Assembly: GCA_051294905.1 (NCBI GenBank)
Contig: CM119371.1
Location: forward strand, 1,860,001 to 1,924,000
Length of the DNA stretch: 64,000 nt
Source: Botryllus schlosseri
Taxonomy: Eukaryota
Reading direction: 5' to 3'
Below, piece after piece: positions 37,111 through 50,627 of the stretch. Under the pieces are notes generated by a model. That model saw only the letters and a list, made by a program, of their open reading frames with translations. It was not told the origin of the DNA and did no database searches. Position numbers and translations under genes: made by a program. How positions within the stretch are numbered: the stretch's first letter is position 1; each line of letters opens with the position of its first letter.

Positions 37111-38552
37111 GGATATGGTAATGTTTTAATGCTTGGACCCGAGTGCAAAATTTATTAAAAGCAACCTTGAAAGCTGCTGCCACGCTGATTTCGAAAATAT
37201 GCATAATAATCTGGTCAGGGCACTGCAACTCACACCAAATTACCCTTACATTTTATAAATCGACATGGTTTAGCACCAATAAGCCCGAATTACAGGGTAA
37301 CAAAGTCACAAGCTTAGGCCTACGTGTCACGTGTCAACCTTACTTTTTTGTTTTTACTCGAGTCAAGTTGATTCATCCCCGAGTCAAGTACGGGTCCAAG
37401 TCGTGGTGTGGAGGGAGTAGTCGAAGTCATTGTGTTAAGTGATTGGCATCGAGTTCTAGTCAGGATAAACCAGGGTTGGCAAACTTTTGAGCTCGCGTAT
37501 TCAACATCTGAATCCATTCGCGGGCCGCACTATATGAAATTAGGATTATAAACCAAAACGCAATATTTATATTTGATTATATAGTGAGGCCATAGAGATA
37601 ATATATGTGCTTATTTAAAACAAGCCAAACATTGCTTTGATGATATCGTACACGCATCAGAAAGATATGGTGGCGAGATTTCATAGGCTGGCGGACCTCA
37701 ATAACCAATTTGTCAAAACTATAGCGATGAAAGTCGGTTTGACCGATTCATAGAACAGGATTGAAATTTAAATCTGAGAGAGTGATCTGTACATAGATTT
37801 ACTAATTCCACTTTTCGTTCAGTTCCAGGACACACAATGCTGACAGCATCATAACCATGTTAGCTTCAAACATGCTTCTACTATGTGCAGATAACATATA
37901 AATACCCCAATTCTACGCATACAGACAACGAATCTACCTAAGACACGCCCGAATCGTTTTCATAAGCACAACACTGAAATAATGAAAAATGGAGTGGCTG
38001 ATCTGAAGTCCAACCCGTGATCCAAATTATGTCAATTTCGTTGCAGCTATTTCGCTGTGATATTAAGTATTTACCTTATATCAGTGGCTCTCCCTATGAC
38101 GGTGAAATTATCGCGCCCCCTAATCGTCATATCACAAAACGCACCCAGGATGCTAAGCAACCTAACAGATAGTTTGATGACATGGAAGGTTACGACTGTG
38201 GATGAAAGATTTTGAAATATTTAATTCAGACTAAATACAGAGCAATAACTTTGAATCAGATGTAAATCACGAGGAGCGCGAAATATTTTTTCAGTTGAGC
38301 TTAGCTTTGCGCCCCCCTTCAGATGCTTTCACGCCCCCAAGGGGAACGCGCCCACCAGTTTGAGAACCACATACTGTCTTAGAATTATCATGGTGAAATA
38401 TACTACGAAAATGTCCCGGCATTAATTCGATTTTTAGTGCGCATTTTAAAATATTTAAGTTTCTTCTTTTGGGCCTCTACCCTGAAGCCTGTATTTGTTG
38501 TCCACCTTTTGCTATCGATGCTTTCGTGTGACTTTCCGCTGCTCGGACTCAC

Positions 38553-38934
38553 TTTTGAGTATCCTGTGCTGGCGAGTTCGCTGCAAAATCTTGCCCCGGT
38601 CTCCCGGACGGATGTTTGGATAATGGCAGTTTATTACGACTAACTGTGGTACAGTCGCTACCTACTAACGGAAGTCTTGTTGGATTTGATGAATCAGCAG
38701 ATCGAGTCGTTTTCTTGACCGGCATTCCAGAGTTGTGTAACATTTTCAGTCTTTTGTCTTGAGCGATCGAGTCTTCCGACGACTTTCTCTTGCAATGTTA
38801 TCGGTTTGGGTTCGATTCAGGATCTACATCATTTGACGAACCGATCTCCTCTTTAGCTTCTGCTTCGGGCGAAAATCTGCTTCACGCTGTTCGTTGATTT
38901 CGAGTACTTTCCTCGAATGTAGGAATCGGTTGAT
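38553..38934 (-). pseudogene. Decayed exon encoding a low-complexity, charged linker
   Basis: Acceptor CTCGCTCAG, donor GTGAGT; one frame of about 125 codons with two in-frame stops. Confidence 0.4.
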
Positions 38935-39598
38935 CTGAGCGAGAAAAATCGTCATTGTATCGCGTTAAATTGATATATTTCGAAAAATAGTATAGGCTAA
39001 GTATTAGTAGGGCTTGACACAATGATTTGAGTTCTTGAATCGGCATCGAGAATTGATTCCAAAGATTGGAATCGAAGAATGACACCTACTTCAAAGAATA
39101 GGCTACTCTGAAAACCAGAGTTGCTCAATAACGTAGTACTTCTACTTGTCGTAGCAATTAGATTAATTCGATTTTTCCTACTTGTACTACTTACTGAAGT
39201 GGTTATGATTTTAGACTACTTCTATTTGACAGTTTTCAGTTTGTTAGGCAAAGCTGGGCCTAGAACACTTACTCTTTCACCTACTTGTAAGTCGCAATTT
39301 CTACCGTACTTCTATATATGAGTACCGACCGTGACTAGTTTGACCTGTGCCTGGAACACATTTTTTCACAGCAAATATATCTTGTCCGCGATATACTGAT
39401 GTTTTGCACCGGACTGTTATAAAATGCAGCCAGATTTCAACTATTTGGCCATGAAAACAGCCAAATGACATCGGCTATATTTAGCAGTAGCCCCGACAAT
39501 TACATCTTAAAGCTGCCTTTCATGGAACATAATTTACCATTAATAATATTGAATGACCTGAACAATTCCCCAAAATAGTGCAGACTGCTACTAATGAA

Positions 39599-40124
39599 TA
39601 GGGCTGGGCACAATGAACAGACTACTTGAATCCGAATCATGTATGAATTTTAATGATTCGAGTCGAGTAGTGAAATTATGCAAGCCTTGCCAATAGGGCT
39701 GTAGAAAATCAAGTACCTGAGTCTTCGAGTCGAGTATTCGATTATCACTTATTACGACAAAATAATAGTAAGTAAGATATATACCCTTCACGCTATTACA
39801 AAGAATATAATGCCTGTACCTTGGTCTTTTTACGACAACACCTATCTCATTGCACTTTGTGACAATGCTGTGAGTTGATCATGACTTCAGCAATATGTTT
39901 ATCCCAATAACATTTGTAGATTTGTACTACATGTTCCGTATGACGCGACACCGCCAACCAATGCTTCCAAATACCATCGTAACTATAATTCTCGTTACTA
40001 AATTAACTTTCATTGACAAGGAGCTTATATTATCAGTACTCCATAAATTGCTGAACTTGACTCGAATCGTTAGATTCAATGATCGAAGCAAATTTGAGTA
40101 TTCGAATCATTGCGTCTATCCCTA
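39599..40124. mobile_element. TAGGGCTGGGCA-family MITE, diverged
   Basis: Both termini recognisable, interior similar to 35579-36093; no clear TSD. Confidence 0.7.
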
Positions 40125-41223
40125 CTCACCAACAAGTGTTAATTGTGAACCGAAATGGTGGTTACGATCGCATTGTCCATTGTGGTATCTTTGGAACTCT
40201 ATTGGTCATATTACAGCTTACGAAAGCTGATGTAACAAAACAGTGTTAGCGTAAATAGCATATCTGTAAAGTCGTGATCGAACCACAGAATTTGCGTTGG
40301 AGTAGGTCAACAAAATACCTAATTAAATTTAATGTGACGTTGACGGGCAATAGTTTCTTTCTGGTTGCATGGAATGTTGATATTTGCACTTATCACATTT
40401 TCCATACTGTTTTATCGACAATAGACAGCGCATGTAATACGCAATCTAGTTGGTTAGTTGTAAATCTTTCATGGCTGTAGTCATATTTCTAGTTACGCAT
40501 CTCGAAAACCCAGCCGTTTGTGCAAGTTCGTTGGTATGCGTTGGCATCCGCGGATCCAATTAAAATTTTTAATTTATTAGGAAAAATTGAAAAGAAAATC
40601 ATATTTTTCTGTCGACCCCATGAAATTGTTGGGTTGTCTTCAAAGACTATGCAAAACAAATTTGACTCAATTCCAACTAGTAGAAGCAGAGTTATTTCAG
40701 TTTTTTATTGATAAATCTCGGATTATCCTTGAATTGTGTAGGTAGATTCAACTCTAATCTTTAATTTGAGAAAAAGTCCAGTATAATTCTAAACCCAGCA
40801 TAATTTTCAAAAAATATGTAGCTTTCAGCTATCATCTAATTCCAATCTAATTTGGATGAGTTGAAAATGATCTAATTGTCCAAATCTGGCTGAGAGAACC
40901 CCTGGACTGACCGTGCGAATCCTGGTTGGGAACCACTGCTTCAAGATAGTCTAATTAGAAAGCATGATAATAGCTGTGATTAGGACATACCTTCAACTTT
41001 TTGACACTTCTAGGCAGATCGTCATTACAAAGTCGATTTGTGCGTGTGCATTTATCAGTTTGGCCCGTTTAGGATTTTCAATCGCCGCACGTTTCTTCCA
41101 TTCTATTGCGTGAGACCTTCTGTGGCTTGAGTTCCTACACAAAATCACAGGTGGTCATGTGGTCAGCATTGTAATTTTCTACAAGTGTCAACCATGGGTG
41201 GCGACTTTCAAATTAGCTTCACG

Positions 41224-41560
41224 CAGGGTTGTTATGACTCGATTTTCTGTTGACTTGACATGACTCGAGTCATTTTATCAAATGACTCGACAAGAGTCAA
41301 TTTTTGTAAGACTCGAATGACTCGAACCAAGTCACATGACTCAAGACTAGGACTTCCAAGACAGACATTTCATTGTAACTTCGAAGAAAAGTGAAGTCAC
41401 TGCATTATTGGTATGACGTCTATCAGTCCTGATACTTGGAAAATGTGGCCAGGAACTGTTAAGACTGAAGAAAAGTGAGATATTCTATATCACTCAAGCA
41501 GAGTTGAAAAAAGTGGGTTGAATCGGATTGAACTCAAAACTGAACATTGAACACAATTAC
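41224..41560. mobile_element. GACTC-rich MITE, left part
   Basis: Starts CAGGGTTGTTATGACTCG; same insertion point as the copy at 52618. Confidence 0.7.
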
Positions 41561-42012
41561 TGTGTTTCCACGCAGCGCCGACGGACGACCAAAAGGCCAT
41601 GACGCATGCATTGTGCATGTCGGCCGTGTTTCCATGACCAGACCTAATCCAACCGTGTCTTAGCCGAACAAGGCTGACATGTGCGTTTTTATCTTACTTA
41701 TTCACTATAAACTTCACCACATCACAAGACTGCAATAAAATGACTCGGTAGGAAGGAGCAGATACGAATTGACTTTGACCTGGAATATGTAGGTAGGCCG
41801 AAAATGGACATATAAAGATAGCCCTGGGAATGAGTTTTGGAAGTTGCAACACCTTGAATTCAAGCTCGAAAGCCCGTCTTTTTGAAATGCCGATTCTATC
41901 TCCTATCTCCTCATTTGCAATTCAGTAGTTCGTAACACAGTATTATCAGTTGTTAGTTCATTGTGTTTGAGTTAGTGAGGCATCTGATTTTCACAAGTCG
42001 TTAGTTCCAGAT

Positions 42013-43012
42013 CAGTGATTCTGAAACGAGGGGGCGTGAAAGCATCTGAAGGAGGCGCGAAGCTGCAGTCAAATGAAAAAAATGCTCGCACTCTACGCGG
42101 TTTACCTCCAATTCATAATTATTGCTCTGTGTATAGGTCCGAATTTCATAGTAGAGGATTCTCACATCAACAGTCATGATCAGGGCAATTATTTTTTGAC
42201 ATGTCAAAAAAACTCAAAATTAGGTCAAAATTGTCGCGTTAGGTCCAAAAATGTCACAATTTGTTTACAAAGTTTATAACTTTTTGCAACCTGCATTACG
42301 TTCATATTGTAGATTTCGCACTGTCAATAAATTTTCCATATGACATTTTACCGCTTGTAGCCCACTTTATAGGTCTACCGTTGTAGAATGCCCATTGTCC
42401 AGTCATTGTGAATAATAAACATTCAATTGAAACAAATAGGTAGACATGATGTTATGCTCAACGTGCCGCAATATCCTAACTTAAGCAAGACTGCGTGGGC
42501 ATTGCATGGTTCTTATATCAAGAAGGGTTGCACTACTACACATTTTAGTTATTTCTACCATAATGCGTAATGTAACTACTGCAATTCTTCATAGGGCCGG
42601 ATTTCGGTCAAATGAATTTTTCACGTAAAAATTTGTGAGTTATTGAGGCGGAAAAGTATTTTCAGGCCAAACTACTCGGTCATGACAGACAGTTCCAACC
42701 AGAAGTGAAGATAAGTAGTAGCCCACAGTTGTCATGTTATGTGGGAAAACACCTAATTTGCATATGTTACGTCGAATTTGATCGAAATTAATATTTTTAG
42801 GTCCAAAAATACCAAATTTTTTATTTTTTAGGTCAAAATCTTTCATTTTTTAGGTACAAAAAATCAACCTAGTCAAAACCATACATGACATCAAACTCTC
42901 CGTTGGGATTGCAACATTCTGATTGAATTTGTGATATGACGATAAGGGGGGGGGGCGTGACATTTTTCACTATCAAAAGGGGGGCGTCTCAAAAAAACTT
43001 TTAGAACAGCCG
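42013..43012. mobile_element. 1-kb non-autonomous hAT
   Basis: Termini CAGTGATTCTGAAAC / TTTAGAACAGCCG; flanks TTCCAGAT and TTCTCGAT. Interior shared with 52810-53470; a family end is also seen inverted at about 38270-38370. Confidence 0.7.
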
Positions 43013-43849
43013 TTCTCGATCTAATTGAAGTTGCAAATTTTGCAAAACGAGTACAGATTTTGGAAATCCAGTAGTTTGTTAAAGTCCGGTTACGGTGCCG
43101 GAATAGTGATTTGAAATTATGTTAGACATGAACGAGTCTACCAACATTTTCCTTACCATTCAGTAAGTCGATACAATTGGCCACTTTGTCGAAGGCGAGG
43201 TCTTGGATTGGACGAGAGCATGTCCAATGTCGATGGTGGAATCGATGGCGATCTGAATAGAAGATGTCAAAAATGTGATAGCAACGTATTGAAATATATG
43301 AATACGTGTCGGAAAATCATTTACAATTGTACATAGTACAATGTACATGCATCTGAGATATGATGATATCAAAAAAGAAGCATCATGTTTCTCATTCAAT
43401 TCAGCTTTTTGATATTTGCTTTCAACTTCCCCACACTTGCAACAAACAAATTTTTAGTTCAGTTCAGTGGTCAGTAACCTCTGGGGTCATAATCCCAAGC
43501 AGGGTCGTCATAAATGTTCCAGGCGTCGCCATGACTCAACATATCTATCACTGTTTCAATTCAATAGTGAAAATCGGCTAATAGTTTAATGTTCTTGTTC
43601 TATGCTTAGTTTAGTTTCAGTAAGTGGGCGTGCGGTACTAGCACTCAATAGACGATGTTTAGTCAGGTGGATTTCTGCCTGAAGCAATCTCAAAATGGCC
43701 TTCACTTTATCATATTTGTTAGTTGGTCGGACTGATACTGAGATGCCAACTGTTGAATATTGAGGCAAATCTATCCATAGCGGTCAGTCTCAAGCCGTGG
43801 TATACAAGCGTGTTTGTGAAAGAACAGCCGGTCGTAGTGGCCTGGCGGA

Positions 43850-44733
43850 CAATGTTGAGATGACTCGAGTCATGACTTGAGTCGAGTCATACTTGAGTCA
43901 CTTTTTTCGTACGACTTGACTCACTTTGCAAAAATGACTTGACTTGACTCGGTGTTTCAGAAATGCAGATTGACTCGTGACTCGAAGCAAAATTGACGAG
44001 TCAATTTCAAGTCATCAAGAAATGGATGTCGCTAAAAATCACTGTATACTAAAAAAATGTTTCTGATTGTTGTCGCTACGCTTCATTAAAGGATTTTGCG
44101 TCTTACTGAACGTCCGTTATTTTATTACAAATACATTGACCGCTTACCGCCTAACAGCGCACGTTGTCGGGTCGCTTTAGTGAAGTAATATATTAACAAG
44201 GTATCTATCTCTGTTCTATAGACTGGTCATTGGTGCTAGGTGCTCACCTTAACCAAATCTGTTGTATGATCTAATATTCTAAATCGAATTCGAATATAGT
44301 TCACAAGTTTATATTACTAGTCAAGCATTGGCGTAGGTTAACTTTGTATTTCATGGATATGTTATTAGGTAACGTATCATATCAATTCGCTTCCGGTATC
44401 TCAGGTTTTGTGTTCTATTCTCTAATTTGGCTGATAAATTAAAGACTGCGAATATAGAACAGTTACATATTTTACCAGTACTGTGCATTCGGGAGCTATA
44501 CAACACATTTTTGCATGTATATTTATCTCTATATTCATCCCTCGATTTAAAACTAATGGCAACTCAATCTGAATTTCGAACAGCTAGCAAAATGCAATGT
44601 GATGCCCTGTACTCCGAAAAGACAACTGGACTTGAATTGTGACTTAACTCGTGACTTAACTTGACTCGAGTGAAAATGTGCAATGAATCAAGATTACTTG
44701 TGACTTGAAGGTAGTGACTCGATCCCAACACTG
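43850..44733. mobile_element. 884-bp GACTC-rich hAT MITE (CAGTGTTGGGA family)
   Basis: TIR CAATGTTGAGA/TCCCAACACTG; perfect TSD CTGGCGGA; empty site in the paralog at about 54860. Confidence 0.92.
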
Positions 44734-45049
44734 CTGGCGGAAGAGACCGACATGACATATTTCGCATCATTCGGATCATCATCATCATCACGGATGTCTT
44801 TTCCACTTGTTTTGATCTTAACAAGGGCCTATGGTGGAGTGTGGATGAAGACATCGCCAGTAAACGAATAAAAGATATGACACGGATTAGCTGGAAGTTA
44901 GTCCAACTTCATTGAAATAGACACGTTTAAACGACGGTGAGATGATTGTCAAATAGAGTAGGACTACTTTGTGCGCTGAAATTAAATGACCTGACGATTT
45001 GACAACCAAGTCGATTAAATTTGGAAAATTTTTTTTTTTTGAACACCCC

Positions 45050-45487
45050 GATCTTGCAGCCAATGCTAGCTCAGAATCATGACTACTGACAGCCTGAGGA
45101 TGGCTTTTGAGCGTCAGAACGCCTATTTCAAGCTCGAAGCCGATTCTATCTCCAGTACTTCTTAGTTAATTCGTGATTCAGTAGTTTGTATTATCATCAG
45201 TTTATTAGTTAGTTGTGTTTTAGTTGGTACGGCATCGTATTTTCAAACGTAGTTAGTTCTAGATCTGATTAAAGTTACAAGTTTTGTGGAGTGAGTGCAA
45301 ATCCAGTAGTTTTACAAGTCTGGTTACGGCGCCGGAATAGTGGTTTAAAAGTAAGCATGGGCGTATCTACACACGTTTTTCTAACCATTCAGCGAGTCGA
45401 TACAATTTGTCACTTCTTCAAAAGTGAAGTCTTGAATTGGACGAGAGCACATCCCTTGAACATGCCAATGGTAGAATTGATGGAGAC
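45050..45487 (-). pseudogene. SAM-like cassette 2: exon A 45487-45386 (open), exon B about 45260-45050 (stops)
   Basis: Exon A is 102 nt, LHQFYHWHVQGMCSRPIQDFTFEEVTNCIDSLN; exon B is homologous to the other copies. Confidence 0.55.
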
Positions 45488-45729
45488 CTGAACACCAGAT
45501 GTCAAAGTGACAGCAACATATTAAAATATACGAAAACGTGCTAGAAAACAATGAACATGTATCTGATCACCATACGTACAATGCATCTAATATCATAAAG
45601 GAAGCATCAAGTTTCTCATTAAATTCGACTTTTATAATTGCTTTCGACTTCCACGCACTTGCCGTTTACACACATTGATTTCATTTTAATTTTTGGATGA
45701 CGATTTTGATTCACATAATTGAAATTTTT

Positions 45730-45979
45730 TGTCAACTTGACTTGAGTCGAGCAATTTTCTTGAAAAATGGAAATGGAAAATCACTCGAGTCAACTTGAGA
45801 CACTTTATGTGTGGTGTCAACTTGTAGGCCTACTACAGTCATTGCGCAAGTCTCAATGAAGTCATATGACTCAAACATCATATACAACTTGATTGAAGTC
45901 TCGTGTATCAGGATCAATACTTGACTCTGCGACTCGAGTCAAGACGAGTGAAGTCATGACTCGATTTATTACAAGCCTG
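45730..45979. mobile_element. GACTC-rich MITE, partial
   Basis: GACTC arrays ending TTACAAGCCTG. Confidence 0.6.
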
Positions 45980-46590
45980 AATGTAGCCACGGTATTGCCA
46001 TAAAAGGATATTGTTACGAAAATCTTGTCTATCCGCGTCTCTGTTGCTCATTATTAGTTAATCAAAAAGATGATTCTTGCCCTTTTAAAAGCTAGTACTG
46101 GGAAATTATTACCAAAAGCCTGCGTCTCATTCAGACAATCAATTTGGTAAAACAACTTATACTCAAGTACTCATCAGAACTTCTACTTTTGAATATTACT
46201 TCAAGTAGTTGTAACAAGTCTCAAATCACCCATAATTGATGAGAAATTAAGAGGTCGACTTCAGACTTCCTACAAAGTGTCGGAGATTTATCTAGGCTCC
46301 CCCTTGTCATATCATCTGTGTAAGCAGTGTCTTATAAAAGCCCAGACGCGGGCCGTGCTACAAGTCGGCAGCTAAAGGATAGAAATGAAGAAAATTGGCC
46401 CGGTTTTAATGACCATGGTAGTCAACAAACACCATGAACACCACAAACAACAACATAATTACTTCTACTTCAACCACAAGATAGTGCAAGGCTAGAGCTA
46501 GAGCTAGAAACTGTGTTTACCTGTAGTCATACACATGTTAGGAGTGAAAAGAATGAGTATATCATGGTTTTTACCGGTGCTGCCAACAAC

Positions 46591-47130
46591 CAGTGTTGGG
46601 ATGACTCGAGTCACTTCTTTCGTATGACTTGACTTGGCGTGTCAGAAATGTGGTTTGACTCGTGACTCGGAGACAAGGTTTCGAGTCAATTTCAAGTCAT
46701 CAAGTGACAGTGTCGATAAAAATGGCTGATCTTGCATATATTCGAATTGTTCTCGATACGCTGGTGTGACATGTAAGAGTGAGCAATCACTATTTTGAAT
46801 GATAATTATAGATTGAGGCTATACGGTTATTTGAGTACTTTATCAGTTCTACCAATGTGTGGGCGATACGAAGCCTTTTTTTACATGTATTTTAAACTAG
46901 GTATAGTCGTCCCACGGTTCCAAACTAACGGCAACTTCCAAACAGCTACCGGTATCAAAATGCGATGACGCAATTATGCTTCGTACTTCAAAAAATCAAC
47001 TTGAATTGAACTATAACTTGACTCGTGACTTGACTTAACTTGAGCCACATTTGAAAATAGGATGATTTGACTCGACTCGAGTCAAATGTCAATGACTTGA
47101 AATGACTCGTGACTCAAAGGTGGCGACACG
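46591..47130. mobile_element. CAGTGTTGGGA-family GACTC MITE, right end decayed
   Basis: Starts CAGTGTTGGGATGACTCGAGTC; colinear with 43850-44733. Confidence 0.7.
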
Positions 47131-47964
47131 CCACTATTCGGATCTGAAATCATGAATTTGCCAAAATCATGTAATTTATAATTTACTCACTTTTCACCTC
47201 CTCGTGTGTCAGTCGGACATTGATGTTTGTCAGATTCCGACTGAACGGTTGAGATTGTCATGCAAGCGTCTTTCACGAAAGAAATTTAGATGTATCGGAG
47301 GAACAGCCTCTCAAATGAGATGTTATGTACGATGATATTCTGATGGCAATCCACTGTAATGAAAGCAAGAGTTGTTGTGTAAAGTAGATTCAGTAAATGT
47401 ATCTATCTATTGAAAGCGCAGCAGCCGACCATATTCATCTATATTCTATAGTCACAGGTTGAAATGGTCAGGCTTTCCTCAGTGCTACTCAGGTAGAAGT
47501 AACATACGTTTCTACTCAAGTGCAATTTACAAGTAACTTGAAAGACAAATGCCAGTTTTGCCAGAAAAATGAAATCTGTTCATGTAGAAGTATAAGTAGT
47601 CCTAAATCATAACAACTCGAGTACGGTAATTAGTACTAGTATGCAAAACTTATTTGAGATTTAAAGTCTTTAAAAAAAAATTAAATGACTTCATTACTGA
47701 CCACCACTGCTTGCAGAGGACCTGATTTGGTTATCTAGTTTATTTCACGCCCAAGCTTAGCAATGGATGTGTGTGCTCGAAGCGAGATGAAATATATTTT
47801 GAGCATCGGCGGCTACATCGGAATGATCAGCAAAGGTTTAGTTATCGGTTTGATGGGTAGTTCATGAGATATCCGGTAATAGCCAGGCTCTAGTTCAACA
47901 CACAATGGCAGGGGGCAGACTAGTACACCACACTCAACCAACCATTGGACCGGGAATTACTTAA

Positions 47965-48290
47965 TTTTTAAAACAAGCAGCTATAACTACTTATTTTCAA
48001 AACTAGTAACTAGAATTACTCATTTTTCAAAATTCGCTACTAGAAATAGAAATTTAATTACTCAATTTTTAACAATTAGCAACTTGAGTTGGAACTACGC
48101 TATTTTAAAAATCCGTCACTAGAACTAGAACTACTTATTTTTCAAAACTAGCAATTAGAAATTGGAACTACTCAAGTTTTCAAAACAAGTATCTAGAAAT
48201 AGAAGTATAATCACTCAATATTTGAAAATTAGCGACTCGAGTTAAAACCGGAACTATGATCTTTTCAAATTCCGTAGCTAGAACTAGGAA
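47965..48290. repeat. Degenerate minisatellite, units of about 35-45 bp (TTTTCAAAA...ACTAGAA...ACTACT)
   Basis: Recurring TTTT(C)AAAA and CTAGAA cores; related motifs inverted at about 49350 and 55700. Confidence 0.6.
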
Positions 48291-48439
48291 TGGCTACCAG
48301 GGTGGAGTGAAAAATGGAAAATTTTGAATTTTATAACGGACACTTGATATGTGGTGCCAAATTTAAAAAAAAAATTCTATAATAATTTTGGGCTCGTGCA
48401 CCCTCTAGTTGTCGAAATTGACTAGACTTTACTATAGTC

Positions 48440-48900
48440 AATCTGTATAATGACTCAGTTTGAACGCGAGTCATTGCGCATGACTCTGACCACGTGATAT
48501 GACTCGAGTCTGAAACAGCCAAGACCAATATACCATTGCAATTTCGAAGAATAGTGAAGTAACCACAGTATTGGTATTTCGTCAATTGCTACTGCTACTT
48601 GAAAATGCAATCTGAAACCGTTCAAAATGCGAAAATCAGTTTATATGTTTTAAATGTTAACCATTCAATATCGCCAGATATCGTTATAAAAAGTAGTTTT
48701 AACAAGACTAAATCGAAACTGAGCAGTCAACGCAATGACTTCGACTCGGACTCGAGTCATAATATCATGACTTGGACTTGACCCTCTGCTTGCTGACTTG
48801 GACTCGGAATGACTCGATGGTGAATTAAAAATGACTCGACTTGACTCGAGTTGAAACTATAAAAGTAAGATTGACTTGTGACTCGGAGCCTGTATGGTTG
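48440..48900. mobile_element. GACTC-rich MITE, both ends truncated
   Basis: Interior colinear with 3400-3800. Confidence 0.7.
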
Positions 48901-49499
48901 TCACTAAATGATTAAGAACTTCAACGTCACAAGATTTGAAAATAATAGGTTCTGTTTTGGAATGACCGCAAGATCAGACTACAGCTTCAATGACTACATC
49001 TACTTACTCAACCTTGTACATTGTGAATTTAACACTCACACACATACCTACACACAATCCCGAAGCCTGTACAATACATAAACAGAGCACGTCAGAACCA
49101 CAATACCGACAAGTTTGTGCTGAATATGGAATATTGGCTCTCACATACCTGTTCATAGGAGGTCGAGACACAAATTACTCTTGTCCTACTTTTGATTCTT
49201 TAGTTTCTTCTGTTGAAGCACATTGATAGCTTTGAATCTCACTCCCGTTCATGATCTTGCCCTGAAACAATACCCAAACACACAGTTACAGCCAGATTTA
49301 TACATACTACGAATCTAGTCAGTCAACGGTCATTAACTACTGGTTATCCCGTAGTTCTAGTTCTAGTCACAATATTTTTAATGCGATTAGTTCTAGTTGC
49401 ATTACGGAATAAGTTGGTTGCGAAACTATAAAACACGTGTCACCGTTCTGTGAATCGTGATATCGGTGTTCTATTGTGTGTTGTTCTTGCATTTCTAGC

Positions 49500-50352
49500 T
49501 AAGATTCATCACTACTAACAGTGGTTATGCCCGGTGGTGGGTTTTGATTCACGGAACCCCTTTCATCGCAAGCTCCATATCCTGGCCTTTTGTAGTGCCG
49601 AATCTATCTCCAATATTTCTTAGGTTGTTTGTGATTCAGTAATTCGTATTATCCATTATTAGTCAGCTCTGATTTAGTTAGTTGGTTTCAACTTATCAAA
49701 GATAGTTAGTTCTATAAAATATAGTCTAGTTGTGGTTGCGAATTTTGGAAAATGAGTACCGTACAGATTTTGCAAATCCAATAGTTAGTAAAGGTCTTGT
49801 TGCAGCGCCGTAACAGTGGATTGAAAGTACCACTTAGCACGGACGCATATACATTAGTGCGGAGCATGGACCGGAGCCGAGTTGGATATCTGGCCGGATT
49901 TTTTCAAATTTTGGATGGACCGTATAGGAGCCGGATCAGTACTTCTTTGATAAGGCCAGAATCTCTATGGATAAGCATGACGTTTGTAACTAAATAACTA
50001 CCGACCAACAACACGCAAGTAACCGCCAAGCCAGTGCGAAAAGAAACGAGCTATATTTTTAAATTCATGGAACCACCGTACCGTGTTAGGTCGGATTTCC
50101 AGCAGGACTTTTTAATTTTTGGCCGGAGCCGGATCAGTACTTTTTCCTGATACGGCCGGAGCCGGACCAGAGAATTGACAAACCGGATCGAAGCCGAACC
50201 AGAGAATGTGTCGATCCGCTCCTCACTAATATACATACGTTTAATCGCCATTCAGCTCGCCGATACAATTTGTCGTTTCTTCCGGGGTCTTGGATTGGAC
50301 GTAAGCACATCTCTTGGACTGGCTGATGGGCTATGGCAGAATTGCTGACGAA
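49500..50352 (-). pseudogene. SAM-like cassette 3: exon A 50352-50249 (frameshifted, donor lost), exon B about 49720-49500 (stops)
   Basis: Homologous to cassettes 1, 2 and 4; the 104-nt exon A is out of phase. Confidence 0.55.
49855..50228. mobile_element. 374-bp hAT MITE with CCGGAGCCGGA repeats
   Basis: TIR TAGTGCGGAGC/GCTCCTCACTA; perfect TSD ATATACAT; sits in the intron after exon A. Confidence 0.9.
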
Positions 50353-50627
50353 CTAAACAATATATATTGAAAATGTGACAGCGACGTATTCAAATACACA
50401 AATACATGCAGAAAAACACGAGTTATACAGCGTATAAGGAGTCATAAATTTTTTTTTTTCAAATTCAACTGACTACATGATAAAGTTGTTAGTTTGGCTA
50501 TAAAAACTCACTACACCAAACTTGGTTTAATACCAATCAGTAGCCGCGTTGCTACAAGAGATGAAAAATTTGGATACAGCCTAATATATATAAATTAAAT
50601 AATTTTTTTTCAATACCTTCTGATCAC

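Larger units (their letters stand above)
40991..43252 (-). pseudogene. SAM-like/CARD-like cassette 1: exon A 43252-43157 (open), exon B about 42005-41830 (broken), exon C 41134-40991 (frameshifted)
   Basis: Exon A reads WTCSRPIQDLAFDKVANCIDLLN with AG/GT sites. A hAT sits next to the exon B acceptor. Exon C has -1 and +1 indels with a stop between them. Confidence 0.6.

Noticed and set aside
47189-47375. Minus-strand exon-like block with good splice sites
   Set aside because: All three frames contain stops and there is no homology to the cassette exons.
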